From the NCBI GenBank assembly GCA_964644695.1, contig CAZXWN010000008.1:1-64000 (forward strand): a stretch of DNA of 64,000 nt, given 5' to 3'. The notes under the pieces are model-generated. The model was not told the origin of the DNA and did no database searches. It saw only the letters and a list, made by a program, of their open reading frames with translations. This stretch comes from an uncultured bacterium. GTDB taxonomy: Bacteria; UBP4; UBA4092. The first letter of the stretch is position 1, and every line of letters begins with the position of its first letter. Below are positions 40,109-51,144 of the stretch, in pieces. The position numbers and the translations under genes are program-made.

Positions 40109-40876
40109 TTATTCGCTGTAAATTTCCCAATTATTTAAGGCAGCGGGGAAATCATCTGTTGAACGGGGCATAATCTGATAACCCGTGTTGTACGGTGAAG
40201 AACTGTCATACTGTGTGACAATACCAATCACATCAAAAGTACCTACTGGAGCAGTTGTCCCATCAATATTTGATTCTTTATCTATACGCATGACCATGGT
40301 ATTTGTACCATCAGTAATGGTAATGTTGGCATCTTTGTTAATTAATGGCCAGGCGGCACTGGTGGAATCAATACTCACATTGTTGATTCTGACTAAAGAA
40401 CCTTCATATCTTTCACCACCAGAGGCTAAGGTCTGGTCAAAAGCGGTCAACTGAGAAATAGTAACCACCGTTGTTTGAAAACCAAAGCTTCCGGGAGTTC
40501 CAACAAAGTTACTGGCCACATTGGTGGTGTCAATAACCAGTTCGGCTAAACCATTGTAATTTAACATGGTCCCTCTGACGGTCAGTTTTCCACCCACAGC
40601 AGGAATCTGAGTAGAGGCCTGAGACATTAATTTGGCTCCATCAATACAAATACCATAATTGGTATTTGGATCAACGATATAGACTGTAATACGGCCGGTA
40701 TCAAAACTAAAACTTGTCAGACACACACCTTCAATAGTCACAGTGGAAGTTCCAAAAGTTAAAGCACCGTTGGCATCAACGGCCTTCAGAGTGGCATCAA
40801 TCGGGGTAACACTCCCAGCAAAAGCAGCTGAGGCAAGAACAATAAGTGCCAGAACAGATACTATCATTTTTTTCAC
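40109..40876 (-). CDS. Secreted protein with probable tandem OB-folds (extracellular-nuclease accessory type) and a WxxY tail
   Basis: VTIEGV...G..LTVRG...YNGLAEL; YEGSLVRINNV...DVIGIVTQY...YQIMPRS..D. Confidence 0.7.
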   Translation of the reverse strand: MKKMIVSVLALIVLASAAFAGSVTPIDATLKAVDANGALTFGTSTVTIEGVCLTSFSFDTGRITVYIVDPNTNYGICIDGAKLMSQASTQIPAVGGKLTVRGTMLNYNGLAELVIDTTNVASNFVGTPGSFGFQTTVVTISQLTAFDQTLASGGERYEGSLVRINNVSIDSTSAAWPLINKDANITITDGTNTMVMRIDKESNIDGTTAPVGTFDVIGIVTQYDSSSPYNTGYQIMPRSTDDFPAALNNWEIYSE

Positions 40877-41053
40877 GATCTATATCTCCTTTTATATTTT
40901 TAATAAATTTTAGTACAAAACCATTTTAACTGACGGAAAAAACATCCTTATTACAGATAGCTTTCCAATCCGTTAAAAGTGTTTGGAAGAGAAAGACCCG
41001 CATTGGGTCTCTCTCGTCCCACACTAAACTTAATTTACAAAGAAATATTCGGT

Positions 41054-41701
41054 TTAATTAGATGCTCCGAAACCATCAGAACCTCTCCAAATATTCCCGT
41101 TGGAAACGGTTCCATTTGTCGGGTCATAACAATTGCTTAAACCAAAATTATACATTCCCATTAGATTACCTTTGGGTCCAACAGAAGCCACATACCAATA
41201 AAGATTAGGATTTGCTCCATTTCCTGACTGATTGGGCCCATAGAATGCTGCCCAAGTACCATTATCACCAGGATAATTTGATGGAACACTGATATACCAC
41301 CAATCATCAACTCCATTATTCTTGATGTATCCTGGCTTGATATACATCAATGGAGCCCAACCTACAGACCCTCCATAAGTCTGGAAGGGATCCTGCGGCC
41401 AACTGGTCAGGTAGGCAATCGGTGTCGTTAATGAATTAGGAATATGCCAATTTAATTTTCCTAATGCTTCACCAGATGCGGTCGTCGTATATCGAGTGGC
41501 AATGGGATATTCATTATTATCCACATAATAAGATTCCAACCCTGTCACTGTAGTACGAAGTCCAGCTTTAACACGGGCAACCTTTGCTCTCACCTGAGCG
41601 GCCAGGAAGTTCGGAATAGCGATAGCCGCCAGAATTGCAATAATAGCCACAACGATCAATAATTCAATTAAAGTAAAACCTTTACGCTGAGTTTTTAACA
41701 T
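41054..41701 (-). CDS. Prepilin/pseudopilin (GspG-like) with N-terminal methylation motif
   Basis: KGFTLIELLIVVAIIAILAAIAIPNF; YYVDNNEYP; YDPTNGTVSNG. Confidence 0.9.
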   Translation of the reverse strand: MLKTQRKGFTLIELLIVVAIIAILAAIAIPNFLAAQVRAKVARVKAGLRTTVTGLESYYVDNNEYPIATRYTTTASGEALGKLNWHIPNSLTTPIAYLTSWPQDPFQTYGGSVGWAPLMYIKPGYIKNNGVDDWWYISVPSNYPGDNGTWAAFYGPNQSGNGANPNLYWYVASVGPKGNLMGMYNFGLSNCYDPTNGTVSNGNIWRGSDGFGASN

Positions 41702-41882
41702 AAAGTTGTGTCACCTCCCTTTCATCAACCCAAACAATTTTTCAAATTCTAGGTGTACTATACATTCTTGTCAAGATACATTTTCATAAAAACGAAACAT
41801 TTATATTATACCATTGACTAATCCCAGAAATGTGAATGTTTAGTTAATAAAGATTAGCCATACAAAACCGGGGGAACCTCCC

Positions 41883-43013
41883 ATGGAATGTGCTAAAATT
41901 CCCTCAACGGGTGTAAACATCTCCCGACTCAAAATCATGCCACTAAATCCAGACCAAATCACTGCCCATAAAGCACTTAAAACGGCTGAATTACGGGAAA
42001 TGACCGAGATATCCAAGACCCGGCCAACAACATTATTTATTGAGACGACCAGCCGGTGTAACATCGACTGTATCATGTGTTGGCGGCAGGGAGATAACCC
42101 CAATGCCATGGGAGATATGTCCCTGGAAACCTTCCATAAACTCCTTCCTTTACTGGATTATGCCCAGACTGTTGTCATGCAGGGATCCGGTGAACCTTTT
42201 GTGAATCCCCATTTCCCGGAAATGTTGAAGCTGGCTGGACAGCGTTGTGACGGGATATGTTTTGCGACCAATGGCACCATCATGCCCCAGAAATATGCGG
42301 ATTTACTGGTAGATTGCCGGGTCAATACCGTGATGGTGTCCATGGATGCCGGTTCTGCGCCGGTGTATGAGAAAATCCGGCGAAAATCCAAATGGTCTCA
42401 CATCATGGAAAACCTCGAGAGACTGGTAGAAACCCGAAGGAAAAAGGGTTCTGACCGGCCCAACATGACCTTTGAGTTCGTTCTCATGCGGTCAAATATT
42501 GAAGATTTAGAGAATTTCCTTCATACTGCTCACCGATTAGAGGTAAAACATGTCGGGATCCGTCATCTCTGGATATTTGATGAGACGAACCGGGAAGAAA
42601 CCATGTTTCTTTATCCGGACCTGATGGAAGAATGGTTCCAACGGGCAGAATCTCTGGGAAAAGAGTTAGGTATCCATGTTGATTTACCCTCCCGAACCCC
42701 GATTAAGTTTGCTGAAGATTATCTTTTAGAACGGTTCGGAGACCCCAGGTTACTGGAACTGGCCAAACAGGCCCGATTTATTCCCGGCCCCGGTAAGGTC
42801 TGTTATGAACCCTGGAACAATTTCTGGGTCACCTGGCAGGGAACAGTATATCCCTGTTGCCAGTCAAACAGGGTCATGGGGAATGTGAATGATGCCGACT
42901 TTATGGAAATCTGGAACGGCCTGGTTTATCGGTGGTTCCGCCGTAAACTCAAAGCCCATGATTATCCCAGCGAATGTTCAGGATGCCGAATGTTACGAGA
43001 CCCGCTCCCGTGA
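41883..43013 (+). CDS. Radical SAM/SPASM domain protein
   Basis: CNIDCIMC, GSGEP, CYEPW...VYPCC...CSGC; start may be 41937. Confidence 0.9.
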   Translation: MECAKIPSTGVNISRLKIMPLNPDQITAHKALKTAELREMTEISKTRPTTLFIETTSRCNIDCIMCWRQGDNPNAMGDMSLETFHKLLPLLDYAQTVVMQGSGEPFVNPHFPEMLKLAGQRCDGICFATNGTIMPQKYADLLVDCRVNTVMVSMDAGSAPVYEKIRRKSKWSHIMENLERLVETRRKKGSDRPNMTFEFVLMRSNIEDLENFLHTAHRLEVKHVGIRHLWIFDETNREETMFLYPDLMEEWFQRAESLGKELGIHVDLPSRTPIKFAEDYLLERFGDPRLLELAKQARFIPGPGKVCYEPWNNFWVTWQGTVYPCCQSNRVMGNVNDADFMEIWNGLVYRWFRRKLKAHDYPSECSGCRMLRDPLP

Positions 43014-43759
43014 ATGATCCAAACGATATTCGAGTCGCCGGTCACCGGGGATATCGAAAAGCCTTCCCTGAAAACACCCTCCTGTCTTTCCAGAAAGCCC
43101 TTGAAATCGGCGTGGACATGATAGAGTTCGACCTTCACCTGTCGAAGGACGGACATCTGGTCATTATCCATGATGACCTTCTGGACCGGACCACCAATGG
43201 ATCGGGCCCGGTGAAAGACTTGACTCTGTCTGAACTGCAATCCCTGGATGCCGGGTCATGGATGGGACCGGAATTCAAAGGCCTGACCATCCCCACTCTG
43301 GACGAATTACTGGAGACCGTTCACAGTCAACCCGATTTATTGTTTAATGTCGAAATCAAATCCAAAACTCATGAGACTGTGGACAAGACCATCCATACCC
43401 TGAAACACTTTAATGTCATTGACCGGTGTGTTATTGCCTGTTTCGATGCCCGTATCCTTCATTATGTCCATGACCATTGGGGGTTACGGTGTCAGGGATT
43501 CCCGGAGACTCATCTCCAAAACTATATCGAGGGACCGGAAGGGACTTTTTCTAAACTATATAGTGTCGGTATTGAAAAAAGCATCCTGACTCCCGAACGG
43601 GTGAAACACTTCCAAACCCTGAATATCCTCCCCTGGGGTTATGTCATCGACACCACTCTGGATGCCCAGAAATGTCTGGACCTCGGAGTGACCCTCGTCA
43701 CCTGTGATGACCCTGTCCCTGCCCTGAATCTCTACCGGTCCCTCGGTGTCCACCCCTGA
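43010..43759 (+). CDS. Glycerophosphodiester phosphodiesterase
   Basis: GHRG...PENT, IEFDLH.SKDG...IHD..L.RTT, NVEIK; GTGA overlap with the upstream stop. Confidence 0.9.
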   Translation: MNDPNDIRVAGHRGYRKAFPENTLLSFQKALEIGVDMIEFDLHLSKDGHLVIIHDDLLDRTTNGSGPVKDLTLSELQSLDAGSWMGPEFKGLTIPTLDELLETVHSQPDLLFNVEIKSKTHETVDKTIHTLKHFNVIDRCVIACFDARILHYVHDHWGLRCQGFPETHLQNYIEGPEGTFSKLYSVGIEKSILTPERVKHFQTLNILPWGYVIDTTLDAQKCLDLGVTLVTCDDPVPALNLYRSLGVHP

Positions 43760-44035
43760 AAAGTCTATCGTCTGATTTAATGATCAAAAAAACATGCTCT
43801 CCGGATGCCAGCCGTAAAATCATCCTCTCATATTTCCATGATCCTAAGTGTCCACCGAATTGCCCCAGAAACAACACCCCTGANNNNNNNNNNTCTACCG
43901 GTCCCTCGGTGTCCACCCCTGAAAAGTCTATCGTCTGATTTAATCATTCTCTCCGGATGCCAGCCGTAAAATCATCCTCTCATATCTCCATGATCCTGAG
44001 TGTCCACCGAATTGCCCCAAAAACAACACCCTTGA
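43731..44035. repeat. About 150-bp near-duplicate flanking an N gap (likely assembly or haplotype artefact)
   Basis: 43731-43883 resembles 43894-44035 with a few SNPs and one indel. Confidence 0.8.
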
Positions 44036-44423
44036 ATATTTCTTTAACTAATAGGATTGATATCTCCGCTATTGAACTGGTATCTTGACTTTTCCTTTAT
44101 TCCCGAGTTTTAGAACTTATTTCATATTTAGACCCTCCTGCAGAACATAAACCATACCGTCACAATTAACCACCAATACTATATTTATACACTTACTATA
44201 TATTTACAGCATTAACAATATAAATATTGTATTTTACTCTATTGACAACACCTTATACCAGATATAAACTTTACTGGTTGATTGGGATACCACAATATTC
44301 GCACTATTATTAAAGCTGCAAATTACCATAAAGGTATCTACCAACAAGAGGAGGAGGTGTAAATTAACCCTGATTTATCTGGCTTTCCAGAATATTGTGC
44401 AAATCAAACTAAAGGAAAGGAAT

Positions 44424-46355
44424 ATGAAAATGAAAACAAATAAAATAATTACATTCGTTATGACCACATTACTGGGTCTGGTGATGATGTCCAGTGTTTT
44501 TGCATTTCAAGAGCTGTGGTCTGTAAGTTATGTTACAACGCGTAGCGCCTGCCGCTCCATGACCTTCAATCCTGCTGCCGGACATCTGATTATTGGAAAT
44601 ACAACAGATACCACCATGCTTGTTTACGATACAACCGGACAGTATGTAAAAAATATGAGCATGGGTACTACCGTCTTCACCGGAGCACAGATGCCCTACG
44701 ATGTCGATGCGACACCGGATGGCGCAATTTGGGCTCTCCATTATCCTACAGGTCAGATTTACCGGTGGGATAATGAAAACGCAGAACCAACTTTGGCCTG
44801 CAGTGTCGGGACAACTAATATTCGTGGATTTAAGGCTCTTGGTTCAGGCGCCAACACTCTCATCTATGCCGTATATGCTGGCAACAGCACACGCAGCTTC
44901 ATTCCCGTTTCTGCATCAAACTATACAACCTTCCAGCTGTTTGAGCAGTTTGGTGATTCAGCCGCGGGTAACTGGTCTGTCTTAGCTTCCGGTGATACCA
45001 CCAATGGTGTCGTCTATCAGGTTTATCCCACGGGAACACAGATACAGTTTGCCCGGTATGTGAAAACAGCGGGTGTCTGGTCCAGAGACAGTGCCTTCTT
45101 CCCTCCCTTCAAAAAATATGCCTATAAAGGTGAGATCTGCCCAAGCAACGGCGATGTTTACCTGATGGAATATTACATGAATGCACAGGGAACTTATGGT
45201 GGCATTCAAACTCGTAAAGATAAAATCATTACCCGGATTGACGGTGTTACAGGGGTTCAGAAGGAAGTCTATGAAATCCAGACTCCGACTAATGCCTATG
45301 TTTCCAATATGAGTGATATAGCTTTTGACACGACCAATCATATCCTCTATTGGATGCATTCCCTTGGCGTGGCAACCACCATAGCCTCTGGTAATTTACA
45401 GTTAGGTGCTCTCAGATATACCGATATTCCATCAACTCCAAAAGTTATGGAGATCCCGGCGATAACTGTTGACGGGAATACGACGGACTGGCCCTCCTCC
45501 GTCAACAGTTTATCTGCCAACTGGCTCACCTATCCTTATACCACCACTTACTCCGGTGCAGCTGATTATACTGGATCCTTCAAGGTCGCCTGGAATCACA
45601 AGCAAAATCGCTTGTATGTCCTGGGTGAAATTACAGATGAAGCAACCGTCAGCATGGATACCTGGTCCAACAACTGGTATGCTGAAGATTTAGTAGAAAT
45701 GTACTTCAATCCAACCAACTATTACCTGGCTTCCGCTCAGAAAATCTCACAAATCGTCGTCAAATTGAACGGTGCGCAGAGAGCTGGTGGATTCGGTAAT
45801 TTCTCCACGTTCCAAAATTATCCATACAGTGGCGCTCTGGTGGCCATCAATTCCACTGCCGTCGCAGGTAAGTTGTTCTATGAAGTCTCAGTGCCTCTGT
45901 TTGACTCCTATGACACTACCGGTAATGGAGCACTCCATGTCCTGGCACCAAATGAATTTATCGGTTTTGATGCGGACTATGTTGATCAGGATGGTCTCCC
46001 CAATTCAGCGGCAGATTATTCTGTTCAGTTCACCTCTCCCGGTACAGGAAAATACTCCGCCCCCATTCGAATCAGTTCCGTTTGGGTCAAAGGTATTGTC
46101 CTTGCTCCTTATGATGATTTCAGTTTGACGGTCGGTCTGACTCAGCAGTTCTCCCAGACCGGAGCCACTGGAACCGTCACTTGGAACAGCAGTAATCCAA
46201 CAGTGGGTTCTATCACCAATGCAGGATTATTCTCTGCTTCTACTCCGGGGACAACTTACATCACCGCTTCGGATGCGGATGGTTTAGTCAGTTTACCGAT
46301 CAAGGTTACTGTTGTTTCTACCAGCGCTCCGTTAGCGTCTGAAATGTTTGAATAA
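44424..46355 (+). CDS. Secreted multidomain protein: beta-propeller-like region, CBM9/DOMON-like sugar-binding domain, Big_2 Ig domain
   Basis: Signal peptide; ITVDG..DW...KVAWN...LYV..ITDE...YEVS.P; TWNSSNPTVGSI...G.F.A...G. Confidence 0.75.
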   Translation: MKMKTNKIITFVMTTLLGLVMMSSVFAFQELWSVSYVTTRSACRSMTFNPAAGHLIIGNTTDTTMLVYDTTGQYVKNMSMGTTVFTGAQMPYDVDATPDGAIWALHYPTGQIYRWDNENAEPTLACSVGTTNIRGFKALGSGANTLIYAVYAGNSTRSFIPVSASNYTTFQLFEQFGDSAAGNWSVLASGDTTNGVVYQVYPTGTQIQFARYVKTAGVWSRDSAFFPPFKKYAYKGEICPSNGDVYLMEYYMNAQGTYGGIQTRKDKIITRIDGVTGVQKEVYEIQTPTNAYVSNMSDIAFDTTNHILYWMHSLGVATTIASGNLQLGALRYTDIPSTPKVMEIPAITVDGNTTDWPSSVNSLSANWLTYPYTTTYSGAADYTGSFKVAWNHKQNRLYVLGEITDEATVSMDTWSNNWYAEDLVEMYFNPTNYYLASAQKISQIVVKLNGAQRAGGFGNFSTFQNYPYSGALVAINSTAVAGKLFYEVSVPLFDSYDTTGNGALHVLAPNEFIGFDADYVDQDGLPNSAADYSVQFTSPGTGKYSAPIRISSVWVKGIVLAPYDDFSLTVGLTQQFSQTGATGTVTWNSSNPTVGSITNAGLFSASTPGTTYITASDADGLVSLPIKVTVVSTSAPLASEMFE

Positions 46356-46512
46356 TCACTTTCGAAACAATATCAGGTGGAGGACTCCGGTCCTCCACCT
46401 TTTTTTATATTAAGTCCCGTATGAATTACAAATCCCTACTCATCTACGCCATAGAAAAAAGGGCTGATGCCCTTAACGAGCACCAGCCCCGAATTTTTAT
46501 AGTCACTACTTG

Positions 46513-47568
46513 TTAGTAATTTGCATATTTCAATTGAACATTATCAATATAGACTGTGACTGGAGAATTCGTATTACTCTTAATGTAGAACTGAGGTAAT
46601 CTGACATTAGTCACATAGTCCTGTGAAGAGAGAGACACATAAACCGTATAATTCTGATTAACTGGAATAACACCACACAACACATTATTTCCAACGTCAT
46701 ACGGCCAGGTCAACCCATCTGCATATAAAAATGAAGAGCAATCCACAGCACTTGGAGAACTGGCAGCAATATTAATGTCATAAGACATGACGGCATTCCG
46801 CCCACTGACAATACTGAAAGTCCCCATACTGGTAACCTTCACTCCTTGTGATGAATTTGAGAAGGTTAAGGCTAATCGTTGATTTAAAAAGTCCAAATCA
46901 TAACTGGGGGAATTATTGATATCAGTCGGTGCGAAGCTCCATCCTGACATATCAGAGAAGGTATTAAAATCTCCCTGCTCTATGGTGACATTGGTATAGC
47001 TGATCAAAGCCGGAGGTGTCGCCGGAGTGAGTTCGATGGAATCAATATAGAAATTCCCCGGAGTTCCATTATTTTTGACCGCCAACTGGATATGCCCATT
47101 GGAGGTTTTACATTTCACGTAATTATCAAACTGTATCCAGTTTCCAGGGAGTATCTTGGATTCAGCCGTAATGGTTCCGTCTATCTGTTTAATGTCATAA
47201 GTGGACGCATTGTCATACAACAACACATAAGGCAGGAAATGGGCCATATTTAAGCTGGTATCCCGATAATAAACAACTCTTAAGAGATACCATTGATCAT
47301 TTGCACCGGTAGTAAAACGGCTGAAGGGAGTGATTTTTACACCCTGGTTAGTTGTTGAATAAGAGAGTTTCAAGCAACCTCTACCTTGAAAAGATGCTAC
47401 ATAAGAGGTGGTGGGAACCGGGAGGGAGGCATAAGACTCGTATGCAAACCCCGTATAATCACTGTATGTACTAAAATCCCCCAGTGTATTATCCCAATAT
47501 CCAAAAGCTGTTCCTAACATACAACACATCGCAACCAACAATAATAGTGTGGTCTTAAATCTATTCAT
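46513..47568 (-). CDS. Secreted protein with two repeated jelly-roll/CBM-like domains
   Basis: Signal peptide; GDF.T.SD..G..., L..S...QGVK.T and YID.. each occur twice. Confidence 0.7.
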   Translation of the reverse strand: MNRFKTTLLLLVAMCCMLGTAFGYWDNTLGDFSTYSDYTGFAYESYASLPVPTTSYVASFQGRGCLKLSYSTTNQGVKITPFSRFTTGANDQWYLLRVVYYRDTSLNMAHFLPYVLLYDNASTYDIKQIDGTITAESKILPGNWIQFDNYVKCKTSNGHIQLAVKNNGTPGNFYIDSIELTPATPPALISYTNVTIEQGDFNTFSDMSGWSFAPTDINNSPSYDLDFLNQRLALTFSNSSQGVKVTSMGTFSIVSGRNAVMSYDINIAASSPSAVDCSSFLYADGLTWPYDVGNNVLCGVIPVNQNYTVYVSLSSQDYVTNVRLPQFYIKSNTNSPVTVYIDNVQLKYANY

Positions 47569-48118
47569 GAAACAGTTCCTTTCTCGTTTTTAATTCGTTG
47601 GGGTTTGTCTTAAAGTGCTATTTTGGTTTTATTACCAAAAGACGAGGAGCTTTTCAGAGACACTCAGAGGTGGGGAAAGACCCGAAAAACAATACGGAAT
47701 AGTAAGAAATAATGATGAATTCGATAGTTTAGATAATTTGTAATTTGGACCATTCTTTACTATTAGTTTCAAGATAACCTCATTCCAGTATCCCGCTAGA
47801 ATCAATATCTGTAAAACAATAATAGTTCTGGTTCTTTTTATTACATCTTCTTATTCATCAGTTATTTAGAACATTCATCCTTTTATTAATGATAGTTATT
47901 ATTCTTTTATATAAACCATAGTAATTGTGTTCGTCATCTTTGTACCATAACTTATTAAATAAAGTAAAGTTATAAATGTAAATATTTATTTATTGGCAAA
48001 AACCAATAAACAGACTATGACAGTACCAGAAGTTTTATATATCAGGATAATGTTTGTGAATCCGTCAGGCTGGGTTATAATAACGAAAAATACATGGTTA
48101 TGAGGTAAAACACTGATT

Positions 48119-48217
48119 ATGGCATCCGTTGCATGGAAAATGTTTTTTATAATTCTGGTACCTGTCGCTGCCGTTCTACTTTATCTGGCCTGGAACGACA
48201 AAAAGTTCTGGAAATAA
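48119..48217 (+). CDS. Small (32-aa) single-TM protein; absent from the ORF track
   Basis: MASVAWKMFFIILVPVAAVLLYLAWNDKKFWK; TTGTGA-N16-TATAAT promoter, GAGGT RBS, downstream hairpin at about 48282-48307. Confidence 0.55.
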   Translation: MASVAWKMFFIILVPVAAVLLYLAWNDKKFWK

Positions 48218-48530
48218 TCTCGTTGGATTTTGCGTTATAAGTTGAGCTGATTCCAAAACTGATTTGATTTGTTATACATCCAAACCCTGTCCTGGTGACA
48301 GGGTTTGTTTATTTTTAGAGAGTCTCCCCATCGAACGAAATTGATGTCCACACCGTTCGATTTATTTCCCGGTCAGAATCACACCGTAAACGAAGCAGAT
48401 ACGAACCTGGTCCGAGCAGCTCCGTGAATGATTCCTCTCAGAAATATTATTTTGACAGGTTCAGGGTGTTGCACCGTTCGACCCGACAGCGGGGAAAACA
48501 AGAATCGTTTGGAAGATAGAAGAGGGGGGA

Positions 48531-49109
48531 TTAGAAGGCGGGCCAGGCCATCCGTTCCATCAGTTCCAACATACATCGGGTATCCTGACGGGAGGAAAGT
48601 TTCAATCCCTGAATATACCAGTCCACGATGCCTTGCCGGATAGTTTCATATTCATCAGGATGAGACAAAGTCTCCGCTTCAATGAAATACAGGTATCCGT
48701 CGGGGATCTCCATTGTATCAAGAGCAACACTGTAATTTCGGTTATGATAAACGCCGCTGTAATTTTGCCGTTTCTTGATTGTGGAAAGGTAATTACTGGA
48801 TTCGTGAAATTTCAGTTCAAATTCATCGGGAGTGAGGGGAGATTCATCTTCAGCCCGGACCCATTGGCCCTTCGTATTCTGAATCCAATATTTTCGGGAA
48901 AGGACATGTCGGGCTTCATCTATCTTGCGTAATCGGACAAAGTCTTTTCCACCCTGCGGAGATTCTGTCCATTGAATATAAAAATCTTCAATCCATTCTT
49001 CACGGGCAGGAGTAAACCCCTGGTCCGTTAACCGGGCCGACACTTTATCCATTTCGCCGCGAGTCAATTCCCACTTGATCTCGGTGGCAATGAGTTCTTG
49101 TGGAGACAT
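48531..49109 (-). CDS. CYTH domain protein
   Basis: TEIKW, D.Y, VRLRK, KKRQNY, VALD, FIEAE. Confidence 0.75.
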   Translation of the reverse strand: MSPQELIATEIKWELTRGEMDKVSARLTDQGFTPAREEWIEDFYIQWTESPQGGKDFVRLRKIDEARHVLSRKYWIQNTKGQWVRAEDESPLTPDEFELKFHESSNYLSTIKKRQNYSGVYHNRNYSVALDTMEIPDGYLYFIEAETLSHPDEYETIRQGIVDWYIQGLKLSSRQDTRCMLELMERMAWPAF

Positions 49110-49220
49110 ATCCCGTAACCTTTCCTCTATTTTTCAGGATACCGCTTTTATGGTCTCTTTGCAAGATACTAAAGACACTTGTATCATCTTTGGGTAAAAT
49201 GAGATTAAGATAATAGATAA

Positions 49221-50642
49221 ATGACACGCACCCTTTTACGAAATGCTCTGATGGTCTGTACCTTAGACAACCAGAACCGGGAGTATCCCGGGGGTTCGGT
49301 TTTGTTGGAAAATAACCACATTTCCGCCGTGGGGGATTTGGTCGATGTCCACTTCGATAAAGTAGTTGATGTGTCCGGGTGTATCGTCATCCCCGGACTG
49401 GTCAATACCCATCATCACTTGTTCCAGGTCCTCACCCGCTGCCTTCCCGCCACCCAGAACGCCAAACTCTTTGACTGGCTGGTTACGAATTATCAGGTCT
49501 GGCGGTATCTGACTCCGGAAGGTGTCCGTTGGTCGGCTCTCGCCGGACTGGGTGAACTTCTTCTATCCGGCTGCACCACCTCCTCCGACCATCTTTATTT
49601 ATTTCCCAGAGATTTACCCAAAGGTCTTACAGAGGCCGAACTGGAAGCCGCTCTTGAACTGGGTATCCGATTCCATCCTACCCGGGGTTCCATGTCTCTC
49701 GGAGAATCTCATGGAGGACTTCCTCCTGATGACCTGTGCCAGGATGAAGACGTCATTCTGAAAGACTGCCAGCGCGTCATTGAACTGTATCATGACACAT
49801 CGCCTTTTGCCATGACCCGGATTGCTCTGGCCCCCTGTGCCCCCTTTAATGTCAGTGCTGATTTATTGCGCGAGTCTGCGGCCCTTGCCCGTCAATATGG
49901 AGTCCGTCTTCATACGCATCTGGCGGAGACTCTGGATGAAGAAACATATTGTCTGGAAAAATACGGAGTCCGTCCCCTGGATTATCTGGAGAAACTCGGC
50001 TGGCTGGGTCCCGATGTCTGGTATGCTCATGGTATCCATTTCTTGGACACGGAACTCGACCGTATGGCGCAGGCCGGTACGGGAGTCAGTCATTGCCCTT
50101 CCTCGAATCTCCGGTTAGGCAGCGGGTTCTGTCCCGTTCCTAAAATGCTGCAAAAAGGTGTTCCCGTCGGACTGGCGGTGGATGGGTCTTCTTCGAATGA
50201 TACTTCCGACATGTTGGGTGAAGTACGAATGGCTATGATGGTCCAACGCGGCGCCTGGGGCCCCGATGCCCTCACCGCACGCCAGGCACTTAAACTGGCC
50301 ACCGGCGGAGGAGCCCAAATCCTGGGTCGTGAAAATGAAATTGGTTCTCTGGAAGTGGGGAAAGCTGCCGACATTGCAGTCTTTGATTTGAATCATATCA
50401 GCTACTCCGGCGCCCTCCATGACCCGGTGGCCGCCCTCGTCATGACCGGAATGAATCATACCGCCCGGTTCGTTTTTGTTGATGGGAAACCGGTCGTGAA
50501 TGAATATAAATTAGTGAATATCGCCGAACATACGATCCGGGAACATACGAATCATATTGCGGAAAAAATAGTCCGAACTGCGGAAGCCAGTTCCTGTTCC
50601 CGATTCGGATTCCCCCGCACCCCCGAGGATAAACATGCCTAA
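49221..50642 (+). CDS. 8-oxoguanine deaminase-like amidohydrolase
   Basis: PGLVNTHHHLFQ, DHLY, RGSMS, APCAPF, HTHLAET, HCPSSN.RL.SG, VDGSSSND. Confidence 0.85.
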   Translation: MTRTLLRNALMVCTLDNQNREYPGGSVLLENNHISAVGDLVDVHFDKVVDVSGCIVIPGLVNTHHHLFQVLTRCLPATQNAKLFDWLVTNYQVWRYLTPEGVRWSALAGLGELLLSGCTTSSDHLYLFPRDLPKGLTEAELEAALELGIRFHPTRGSMSLGESHGGLPPDDLCQDEDVILKDCQRVIELYHDTSPFAMTRIALAPCAPFNVSADLLRESAALARQYGVRLHTHLAETLDEETYCLEKYGVRPLDYLEKLGWLGPDVWYAHGIHFLDTELDRMAQAGTGVSHCPSSNLRLGSGFCPVPKMLQKGVPVGLAVDGSSSNDTSDMLGEVRMAMMVQRGAWGPDALTARQALKLATGGGAQILGRENEIGSLEVGKAADIAVFDLNHISYSGALHDPVAALVMTGMNHTARFVFVDGKPVVNEYKLVNIAEHTIREHTNHIAEKIVRTAEASSCSRFGFPRTPEDKHA

Positions 50643-51144
50643 AACTGATGATTACCTCCCCGAATTAAATGAACTTCTGGATACCCTGAAACGGATAGAC
50701 CTGAAACTGGCCAACACTGTCCCCTACCTGTTAGATTTTCAGGCCCTGTGTGACCAAATCAAGGGACCCAGAAAACCTCTGGCCGAATGTCCCAATATCC
50801 TGGTGCATCTCAACCAGACGATTCAATTACCCGACATCCGCCGGGAATACCGGGCCACCGGAGTCACCCGGGTGTGGCTGGATAATGAACAATATCTGGA
50901 TTGTACCGATGAAACCCTGGGTGAATATCTGGAACTCGCTTTCCGGGATTTAGGCGAGAGATTACTGGTTCTCACACCGGCAGAAATCCAGCAAACCATT
51001 CAAGTCCCCTCCGATTCAAACACCATCATCAGAATCATCGGAGAAAGGATCCTGCTGCAAATGAGGGAACGGGATTTAGTGAATGCTCGGGCTGAAGCCC
51101 AAACCCGGCTGGATGACATCCGCCAGGAGATGGAACTCAGTTAA
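50635..51144 (+). CDS. Hypothetical protein coupled to the deaminase gene
   Basis: Overlaps the upstream stop; GAGG RBS; terminator-like hairpin after it. Confidence 0.6.
   Translation: MPKTDDYLPELNELLDTLKRIDLKLANTVPYLLDFQALCDQIKGPRKPLAECPNILVHLNQTIQLPDIRREYRATGVTRVWLDNEQYLDCTDETLGEYLELAFRDLGERLLVLTPAEIQQTIQVPSDSNTIIRIIGERILLQMRERDLVNARAEAQTRLDDIRQEMELS

Noticed and set aside
39888-40130. N-terminal extension of ORF 39171..40130 in the ORF track
   Set aside because: It crosses the upstream terminator; RBS and signal peptide indicate a GTG start at 39887.
43731-44035. Tandem near-duplicate of about 150 bp
   Set aside because: It straddles a 10-N scaffold gap and most likely represents two haplotypes or overlapping contig ends, not a biological repeat.
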